Shown piece by piece: positions 57,901-64,000 of a stretch of DNA of 64,000 nt. The translations under genes and the position numbers were made by a program. The notes beneath the pieces are model-generated. The model made no database searches. It was not told where the DNA came from and saw nothing but the letters and a program-made list of their open reading frames with translations. Position 1 is the stretch's first letter. Each line of letters begins with the position of its first letter. Source of the stretch: Abditibacterium sp. (GTDB lineage: Bacteria > Armatimonadota > Abditibacteriia > Abditibacteriales > Abditibacteriaceae); the NCBI GenBank assembly GCA_965246885.1, contig OZ251992.1:1568001-1632000 (forward strand). Reading direction: 5' to 3'.

Positions 57901-58130
57901 CCGGAAATGGTGTTGACCGCTTCCTCGACTTTTTGGGTGATCTCGGTCTCGACCGATTCGGGCGAGGCGCCGGGCTGCGTGACCGTCACGGTCACGATGG
58001 AGAAGTCCACGTTCGGGAAGCGGTCAACGCCCAGTTGAAAGAACCCCGCCGCGCCCACGACGACGAGGAGCAGGATAAGCACCGCTGCGAAGACGGGGCG
58101 CTTGATACAGATTTCAGCCAGTTTTTGCAT
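54921..58130 (-). CDS. RND efflux permease, AcrB/AcrD/AcrF family
   Basis: [22 protein letters not shown] and RLRPILMTT motifs. Confidence 0.96.
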   Translation of the reverse strand: MQKLAEICIKRPVFAAVLILLLVVVGAAGFFQLGVDRFPNVDFSIVTVTVTQPGASPESVETEITQKVEEAVNTISGMDELRSYSNEGVSTVVCQFQLEKNVDVAENEVRAKVNRIINDLPPDAKQPVVQKQDTGAAPVLGLAITGSGTIKEVTEYADKVLRRRIESTPGVGQIDVLGGRGRQINVYLDAYKMRGYGVNVTDVTNAVKAQNVDVPGGRLDQGARSLTLRTAGRIKNVPDFADISIRAQNGGAVTIRDVGRVEDGIADANSISELNGKPTVYLQVSKQSGTNTVAVIQEIKNRVKALGPALKENGYSVRVVNDQSQYIIAAINSVEEHLVVGSILAALVVLIFLLNWRSTLIAALAIPASIIATFGLMWIMHFTLNILTLLALTLAVGIVIDDAIVVLENIYRFIEEKGMDPFEAAIEGTKEIGLAVLATTLSLVAVFLPVAFMTGIVGRFMNSFGLTMAFAIMVSLVVAFTLTPTLSARMLKAPKRDKEGHAHDKAKEGGFFHYIDMGYAKLLRWSLGHRWAIGLLCLAALFSMPFVVKPIPKDFLPKDDESQFQITARAPEGTSLEQTRDLARKIAHEVGNSMSKEMDYSLVTIGGSGQNAARNNATIYVRLKDIEKRDRSQDDLIKVAREEILPRFASYNLRTTVGPSGGVGGGDVQADVLFTIGGPDLDKLNDVAQNMMADLRKVKGMTDIDTSLIKGKPELAVRVNRPLAAQLGVQPQDIAQSLNFLVGDQQVSNFQQGGEQYEVHVRAAQQFRSSQEGVSLLTVPGNPQGAAEVATQSEATTPNTGPVAIPLDQVVSFVPQTGPASIQRLNRARQVTIQANVLPGGSAQAGLDALTASFAKQHLGPEYTGGPTGRSKEQAKAFKAFLAAFGLSLVFVYLILAAQFESWLHPITILLSLPLTVPFALISILIFHGSLNIFSLLGILVLFGVVKKNSILQIDHTNQLRERGMERNAAILQANRDRLRPILMTTLAFVAGMLPLIVSSGVGSGTNRAIGSVIFGGQTLSLILTLLATPVAYSAFDDFSRFAGRINKKLFGGLGNGANVPTANPERVQ

Positions 58131-58189
58131 AGTAGGAGATAGGGGTCAGGTTGGGATGTCGTGGTGGATTGAGAAGCCGTGTGAGACCG

Positions 58190-59908
58190 CTAAAGCCCGT
58201 TCAGCGTGCCCGTATTGCCCGTCGAAGTTCCGGTTGTACCCGCCCCGATGCCAATGCCGGTGCCAGTTGTCGTGGTGCCAAAGGTTGTCGTCGTGGAAGT
58301 GGCCGCCACCGTGTTGCTCTGGTTGGCGCCCGACGAGTTGAGCGTTGCGCTCGAACCCGTTCCGGCGCTTGAACCTAAGCCGGAATTGCCCGTCGCCGAG
58401 CCGCTTCCGGTGATGGCCGTTGCTGCTGCCAACTGCACCTGAGCCGAAGCGACAGCGTAGCGCGCGTTGACGGCTTGGGTTTGGGCGTTGACGAGGGTGT
58501 TTTGCGCGTTGATAACGTCCAACTGCGTTCCGGCGCCCGCCGTATACGCGAGTTGCGCGGCGCGCAGGGCTTCTTGCGCCGATAAGATGGAAGTTTGCGC
58601 CGACGCCTGTTGTTTAAGGGCGGAGTCAAGGGTCAGGAGCGAACCTTCGATGGCGTTGGCGGTTTGAAGTTGCTGGCTGGACTGCCCCGCTCGCGCTTGG
58701 TCGAGGGTGGCGCGCGCCTCGTCCACTTGACTGTTAATGCGGTTGCCGTCAAGCAACACCTGCGCCACCGACAACCCCCCGGTGATGAAGAAGCGGCCCA
58801 GATAGGAGACAGGGTTACGCAGCAACCCCGACAGCGACGCGCTGATAGAGGGCTTCTTTTGCGCTTTTTGCGCGGCGACGTTGAAAGTCGCGGCGTCTAT
58901 GCGCTCGCGCGTGGCGCCCAGCGAGGGCAGGGCGGTGTCGGCGGCGGCGCGCAGGTCAGGCGAAGTCGGGGCAACGCCGCCGTTGGCGATGTCCGTTGCT
59001 TGCGCCGCCAAAGGGAAGCGCGCGACGGCGGGCAAGACGAGCGTGGTGATGGGTTCGACGCGCACCGGGGTTTCGGGCGCGCGGGCAAGCAGGATGTTGA
59101 GCGCGGCTTTGGCCTGCGCCACGCCATTGGCGGACGCGATGCGGCGCTGCGCGGCACTCGCCAAGTCGGAGTCGGCTTGCAGCACTTCCAAGCGCGCGGC
59201 GGCTCCGGCGTCGTAGCGCACGCCCGCGATGCGGCGGCGCTCGCGCGTCGTGTCGAGATTGGAGGTCGCCACTTGCAATAGCTCTTGGTTTTGCAAGATG
59301 GACACATACGCGAGGATGGTCTGCGCGGCGAGGGTTTGTTCAGTTTCTTGCGAGTCGAGGAGCGCGGCGCGCGCGGTCGCTTCGGCGGCGCGGCGGCTGT
59401 TCTTGATGCGTCCGCCCTCGTAAAGCGGCAAAGACGCGTTGAGTGACAGTTGCTCCGCAGAGGTGCCTCCCAAAAAGCCGGTTAAGCCGTTGGGGGTGCT
59501 GACGCTCGCGCCCGCTCCACCACCGGGAGCGGCTCCACTGCCGAAATAGCCGCGCTGATTGGTGGCGTTGCCTGACACGTTGACCTGAACTTTACCCGCA
59601 CTCGCCGCTTGCCCGGCGCGGGACAAGGCCGCTGCGACTGCCGCGCGCGCCGCAACGGGCGTGGGGTTGTCTCGCAACGCCGTGAGAACCGCGTCGCCAA
59701 GGGTGAGAACGGGCAAACCGGCGTCTTGGCGCTCGCGCACGTCGGCCAAGCCCGCCGTCGGGTAGTCGGGAACGGGCACCAAACCCGTGACCGCGCCGCC
59801 TGCCGCGCCTTGGCTCCCGTTGGTCGCCGGGACAGTGGTCGTGCCCTGTGCCCAAGTCGTCGAAGCGGCGCCCAAAAGCAAGCCGCCAACCCAAAGAAAA
59901 TGTTTCAT
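58190..59908 (-). CDS. TolC family outer membrane protein with a Gly/Ser/Thr-rich tail
   Basis: Signal peptide, LTLGDAV..AL, PLYEGG and RYDAG...LEVLQA; ATGA overlap with the MarR gene. Confidence 0.9.
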   Translation of the reverse strand: MKHFLWVGGLLLGAASTTWAQGTTTVPATNGSQGAAGGAVTGLVPVPDYPTAGLADVRERQDAGLPVLTLGDAVLTALRDNPTPVAARAAVAAALSRAGQAASAGKVQVNVSGNATNQRGYFGSGAAPGGGAGASVSTPNGLTGFLGGTSAEQLSLNASLPLYEGGRIKNSRRAAEATARAALLDSQETEQTLAAQTILAYVSILQNQELLQVATSNLDTTRERRRIAGVRYDAGAAARLEVLQADSDLASAAQRRIASANGVAQAKAALNILLARAPETPVRVEPITTLVLPAVARFPLAAQATDIANGGVAPTSPDLRAAADTALPSLGATRERIDAATFNVAAQKAQKKPSISASLSGLLRNPVSYLGRFFITGGLSVAQVLLDGNRINSQVDEARATLDQARAGQSSQQLQTANAIEGSLLTLDSALKQQASAQTSILSAQEALRAAQLAYTAGAGTQLDVINAQNTLVNAQTQAVNARYAVASAQVQLAAATAITGSGSATGNSGLGSSAGTGSSATLNSSGANQSNTVAATSTTTTFGTTTTGTGIGIGAGTTGTSTGNTGTLNGL

Positions 59909-60495
59909 AACGTTTCCAATTCGCCCCCAAAAGGCCGTTGCCATTCTCCCAATACCCCCGCGTCGCGCGCGGCGAACGCGCTCAGCATACGACCCAAGAG
60001 GTGCAGCAACTGCTTTTGCTCCCCTTCGTCCAGAAACCCCGCGAGTAGCTCGCCCGAAAAAAGCGCGAACGCCCCTTCAACGCGCCACCACATCGCCGTT
60101 CCCGCGTCCGTAATGACCACCCGCGACACGCGGCGGTCGTGCAAGTCGGGGTGACGCTCGACCAACCCCGCTTTCTCCAGCCTATCTACAACCCCCGTCA
60201 CGGGCGCCTTGGACAGCATCAGCCGCGAGCCAATCGCCGAGTGCGGCACGCCGTCCGCGCCCCCTGAAGCCACGCACCCCAACGCCAGCCACTGTGGAAG
60301 CGTCAAATTGTGCTCTTCAAGCATCCGGTTCCCCTCGCGCTCAATGACGGAATTGAGCACCATAATCGAGCACATCACGGCGTCCTTGTCGCTCGGCCCG
60401 CAGTGCGGCGCGCCGTCGGGCGCCTCGCTTGGCCCCATGCCGCGCAGAAACCCCAGAATCAATGATTCCCCTTCCGGGTGCGGCGTGTGGCTCAT
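59905..60495 (-). CDS. MarR family transcriptional regulator
   Basis: LTLPQW..L, VTGVVDRLEKAGLVER and DRRV motifs; ATG at 60495. Confidence 0.9.
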   Translation of the reverse strand: MSHTPHPEGESLILGFLRGMGPSEAPDGAPHCGPSDKDAVMCSIMVLNSVIEREGNRMLEEHNLTLPQWLALGCVASGGADGVPHSAIGSRLMLSKAPVTGVVDRLEKAGLVERHPDLHDRRVSRVVITDAGTAMWWRVEGAFALFSGELLAGFLDEGEQKQLLHLLGRMLSAFAARDAGVLGEWQRPFGGELETL

Positions 60496-60600
60496 GGGCA
60501 GTAAGGATGGTTCGGGGCAAAACTCGTTCCAACTGAAACTATCGGGCGCCATATTAGTTTCTGATGCCAGCCCGCGTTTCCCGGTAAAATTCACCTCGCC

Positions 60601-61620
60601 ATGCAATCGCCTTCCTCCTTCGAGGCCACGTCCGCCGTTTCCCCCGCCGTCGCCGCCGTTTCCGCCCCGCCCGCGCCCAAGATGATGGTCGAAATCAAGG
60701 GCATGACCAAGCGTTACCGCGACCTCGTTGCCGTACGCGAACTGAACTTGTCCATCGCGTCGGGCGAAGTGTTCGGCTTTATCGGCCCCAATGGAGCCGG
60801 GAAAACCACCACCATCAAGACGCTCGCCACCCTGTTGGAGCCGACGACGGGCACCGTCTTCGTGGATGGTGTGGACGTCTTGCGGCACCCGCTTGAAGTG
60901 CGGCGCATCATCGGCTACATGCCCGACTTCTTCGGCGTTTACGACGACGTGAAGGTCTGGGAATACCTCGACTTCTTCGCCGCCGCCTACAAAATCCCAG
61001 CCAACAAACGCAAGGCGATCATAGACGACGTGTTGGAGCTTACCGACCTGACCGAGAAAAAAGAGTCTTATGTGGAAGGGCTGTCGCGCGGCATGAAGCA
61101 GCGTTTGTGCTTGGCGAAAACGCTTGTCCACGATCCGAAGTTGCTCCTGCTCGATGAACCGGCGTCCGGCCTCGACCCCCGCGCGCGTATCGAGTTCCGC
61201 GCCCTGCTTAAGGAGTTGCGCTCGATGGGTAAGACCATTTTCGTCAGCAGCCACATCCTGCCGGAACTGGCCGACTTTTGCACATCGGTGGGCATCATGG
61301 AGCGCGGCCAACTCGTCGTCGCGGGGCGAGTCAACGACATCGTGCAAAAGTTGGAAGGCCAAATCCTGCTCGACGTGCGCTTAACCGGCGGCCCCGAAAA
61401 CGGCGCCCGCGCCCTCGACTTGGTGCGCCAACATCCGCTCATCAAGGACGCCAATGCAGAAGGCGCGCATCTGACGCTCGGCTTCATCGGGGCGCACGAC
61501 GAACTCCCGCAAATCCTCGCCCTCCTCGTTTCCAACGGCCTGCCCGTCGCCTCCTTCGCCCAGCGCGAAGCCGACTTGGAAGATGTCTTCATGAAGGTGA
61601 CAAAGGGCATGGTGCAATAA
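60601..61620 (+). CDS. ABC transporter ATP-binding protein (ABC-2 type)
   Basis: GPNGAGKTT, LSRGMKQR, LLLDEP and SSH motifs. Confidence 0.96.
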   Translation: MQSPSSFEATSAVSPAVAAVSAPPAPKMMVEIKGMTKRYRDLVAVRELNLSIASGEVFGFIGPNGAGKTTTIKTLATLLEPTTGTVFVDGVDVLRHPLEVRRIIGYMPDFFGVYDDVKVWEYLDFFAAAYKIPANKRKAIIDDVLELTDLTEKKESYVEGLSRGMKQRLCLAKTLVHDPKLLLLDEPASGLDPRARIEFRALLKELRSMGKTIFVSSHILPELADFCTSVGIMERGQLVVAGRVNDIVQKLEGQILLDVRLTGGPENGARALDLVRQHPLIKDANAEGAHLTLGFIGAHDELPQILALLVSNGLPVASFAQREADLEDVFMKVTKGMVQ

Positions 61621-61638
61621 GCGGCGCGACGTGCGGCA

Positions 61639-62457
61639 ATGACGAACCAACAGATAGAGCGGCTAATTCGCAAAGCGGAAACGGGCGCGTTTTCGAGGTA
61701 TTTCGTCGCCGCGCGCGTGGGCGGGGTCGTTGCGCTTCTGGCGCCGCTTTGTGCTTTTTACTACCCTCTTTCGGGAGAGGGCGTAGTTCTTGGCGCGTTG
61801 TTGGCGATTGCTGCTTCGGCAGCCACTTGGTCAAATTGGCGGGATGGTAGAGCCATCGCCCGCAAATTCTACCGCAATCGCGCCCGTTCCATTTGGGTGG
61901 AACTCAGTGCGACGAATATCTTTGGCGAAGACACATACGCCTTGCGCGGGATGCTCCTCCGCGTCGAGGCTCTTTATGAACGCGACCCGGAAGCCCAAGT
62001 GCTTCCGTTTATCCAAGCGGTGCGACTGGTTCAGGTTTGGCATCAGCAGCAAAGCCGCTTGAGCCTCATCCGCTCGCACGTCGCCCAGATGAGCGAGACC
62101 CGCGTGACGCTCATCGAAAAGCAAGCCCAATTGCGCGCCCTTGGCGACGACAACGCCGCTATCGGGCAAACGCTCGCGCGCCTCGAAGGCGACATCGGGC
62201 CGCTTGAACGCAGTAGCGAAACGCTCCGAGCATCGTGCGCGCGGCTCGAGGCTATCGTTTTGTCCGTTGATGCCGCCGCGCAACGTCGCCAACTGCACCG
62301 CGAAGTCGGCGAACTGACCGCCGACGTGCGCCGCGACGACGAGGGCGCGCTTGAATTGCGCGACGAGCACCTCGACTTGGAGCGCCAAATCGGGCGGGAA
62401 ATCGAGACCTTCCTCCAACTCGAACGCGAGACCGACGCGCACTTGCGCGAGTTGTAG
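61639..62457 (+). CDS. Hypothetical protein with two TM helices and a C-terminal coiled coil
   Basis: Co-oriented with the ATPase gene; hydrophobic pair followed by a heptad-rich tail. Confidence 0.7.
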   Translation: MTNQQIERLIRKAETGAFSRYFVAARVGGVVALLAPLCAFYYPLSGEGVVLGALLAIAASAATWSNWRDGRAIARKFYRNRARSIWVELSATNIFGEDTYALRGMLLRVEALYERDPEAQVLPFIQAVRLVQVWHQQQSRLSLIRSHVAQMSETRVTLIEKQAQLRALGDDNAAIGQTLARLEGDIGPLERSSETLRASCARLEAIVLSVDAAAQRRQLHREVGELTADVRRDDEGALELRDEHLDLERQIGREIETFLQLERETDAHLREL

Positions 62458-62492
62458 GGCAACGCACACGGGTTGCTCTGTAATGGGACCTA

Positions 62493-63317
62493 CTACTTCC
62501 GCTTGAGCGGCGGTAGCGTCCGCGTCACAACCGGGCCGGACGGTTTGACCGAAGCCGTCGAGCGCGTCGGGAAGTTGTTGCAATAGATGGTTTTGAGCGT
62601 GTTGAGATCGCGCGTCGAGATGGGTTCGGAGCCGTTAGCCGGGTCTAAGTAGGGGTACATTAAGTCTGTCGGGTTGGGCGAGTGGGCGCCGATGCCGAGG
62701 GCGTGCCCAAATTCATGCGCGGCTATGCTCTGGTTGGCGGCGCTCGCATTGGAGAGTTGGCTGGGCGTGTAAAAGAACAACTGCATCTTCGCCGAGGCGA
62801 TGGTGTTGTTGCTCTGGTAGTAGTAAACAGTGGTCAAACCGAGTGTGGTGGAGTTGGGGTCTTGCGGCGAGTAACTGACGACGAGGTCGGTGTTGGTGGG
62901 GGTGTTAACCAGTTGGTAGCTCACGCGCCCGCCCGTTGCTGTGACCCATTGGTTGAAGCCTGCGATGGTGGCGGCACGGTTGGCGTCCGTTGTGGCGCCG
63001 ATGTAAACCGAAATGGGGAAGTGCGTCCAGAAGGTGTAGTTGCCCGCTGTGCTGTCGGAAGGCGCGACGCTGGGGTCGGGTAGGCCGTAGTAATTGGGGG
63101 CGTACGTCGTGGAATTGCAACCCGCCGTGACGGAGGGAATGGCTCCACTGGGGAGCGGTGTGGAAGTGGGGATCGGCGTGGGAGTAGCCGTTGGGGTGGA
63201 AACGCCGCCCCCTCCACCGCCGCCACAACCGGCGAGGGGAACGAGGAGGGCGCCGCCCACAAGGAAGAGAGCGCGCAGGGAATGGGAAATCCGAAACATC
63301 GGGCTTTTGGAAAGCAT
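62493..63317 (-). CDS. Matrixin (M10-like) metalloprotease lipoprotein
   Basis: Lipobox LAGC; HEFGHALGIGAHS and Met-turn DLMYP. Start could also be 63299. Confidence 0.9.
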   Translation of the reverse strand: MLSKSPMFRISHSLRALFLVGGALLVPLAGCGGGGGGGVSTPTATPTPIPTSTPLPSGAIPSVTAGCNSTTYAPNYYGLPDPSVAPSDSTAGNYTFWTHFPISVYIGATTDANRAATIAGFNQWVTATGGRVSYQLVNTPTNTDLVVSYSPQDPNSTTLGLTTVYYYQSNNTIASAKMQLFFYTPSQLSNASAANQSIAAHEFGHALGIGAHSPNPTDLMYPYLDPANGSEPISTRDLNTLKTIYCNNFPTRSTASVKPSGPVVTRTLPPLKRK

Positions 63318-63348
63318 AACGGAAGCCGAGTTGCACTGTCTTTACCTG

Positions 63349-64000
63349 ATGTCCGCAATTACCAACACTCCGTTAACACCTCCGCAGTGGGATTTGACCC
63401 CCTTTTTCCCCGCGCTCGACTCGCCCCAGTTCGCCGGGGAGTTCAATGCAGTAACGGCGCTGATTGCGCAAACCGGCGCGCGCTTCGAGGCGCTCGGCGT
63501 GCGCCGTCGTGATGTGGCCATCGTTGACGCCGACTTTGCAACAGGAGCCGACGAGGTGATGAAGCGCTGGAACGAACTGCTGGCGCGGTTGGAAACGCTG
63601 TTCTCCTACTTGCACTGCCTGATTTCCACCGATGCCCGCGACGAAGCCGCCAAAGCGCGCTTGTCCGCCCTCGAAATGGCGAGCGTCCAGTTGGACGCGC
63701 TGGAAACGCGCTTGGTCGCGTGGCTGGGAACGAGCGATGTGGAAGCGCTTCTTGCCTTATCGTCCGTTGCACAAGAGCATGAGTTCTTTCTCCGGCGCGC
63801 GCAGGTGCTGGCGGCGCATCAGATGAGTGAAGCCGAAGAGAATCTGCTGGCGTCGCTTCGCCCGATGGGAGAGTCATCGTGGGCGAAGTTGCACGGGCAG
63901 ATGACTTCTCTTCTCACCGCCGAAGTGGAGTTGGACGGGCAAACTCAGGCGCTTCCGATGAGCGCCGTTCGTGCCCTTGCCGCGCACCCCGACCGCGCCG
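63349..64000 (+). CDS. pepF: M3 family oligoendopeptidase, runs off the right edge
   Basis: Own translation: MSAITNTPLTPPQWDLTPFFP...HQMSEAEENLL...SWAKLH. The catalytic HEXXH would lie outside the window. Confidence 0.8.
   Translation, partial: MSAITNTPLTPPQWDLTPFFPALDSPQFAGEFNAVTALIAQTGARFEALGVRRRDVAIVDADFATGADEVMKRWNELLARLETLFSYLHCLISTDARDEAAKARLSALEMASVQLDALETRLVAWLGTSDVEALLALSSVAQEHEFFLRRAQVLAAHQMSEAEENLLASLRPMGESSWAKLHGQMTSLLTAEVELDGQTQALPMSAVRALAAHPDRA

Noticed and set aside
60496..61362. N-terminal extension of MarR in the ORF track
   Set aside because: Antisense to the ABC ATPase gene; the MarR domain starts near 60495.

Overview
GC-rich bacterial chromosomal segment with about 50 protein-coding genes. 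I recognised no rRNA, tRNA, CRISPR array, integrase or transposase. The gene style suggests an Abditibacteriota/Armatimonadota-like organism (inference only). Housekeeping genes: metK, pckG, mqnE, glmS, lpdA, pyrF, nrdJ (with paired NrdR boxes), holA, partial pepF. Carbohydrate enzymes: GH36, GH16, a clan GH-A multidomain protein, a PilZ-GH26 fusion and a gluconokinase. Also present: a DprE1/DprE2-like pair, an ECF sigma/anti-sigma pair, a MarR-TolC-RND operon and a MazF-type toxin-antitoxin pair. Most unusual observations: (1) five degenerate tandem arrays of unrelated sequence that all have a 21-bp period, sitting at gene boundaries or in frame inside a gene; (2) three surface-protein genes sharing a lamin-tail-like C-terminal module, only one of which has the complete tail, linked by a 252-bp inverted repeat, a 110-bp direct repeat and a microhomology junction near 16255 (recombinational cassette, palindrome deletion or misassembly); (3) a PilZ-TM-GH26 fusion; (4) two paralogues of an unnamed 'P[ST]AHExxEA' protein family; (5) a probable ATA start codon and an in-frame amber stop. 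All alignments and counts were done by eye; no searches were run.
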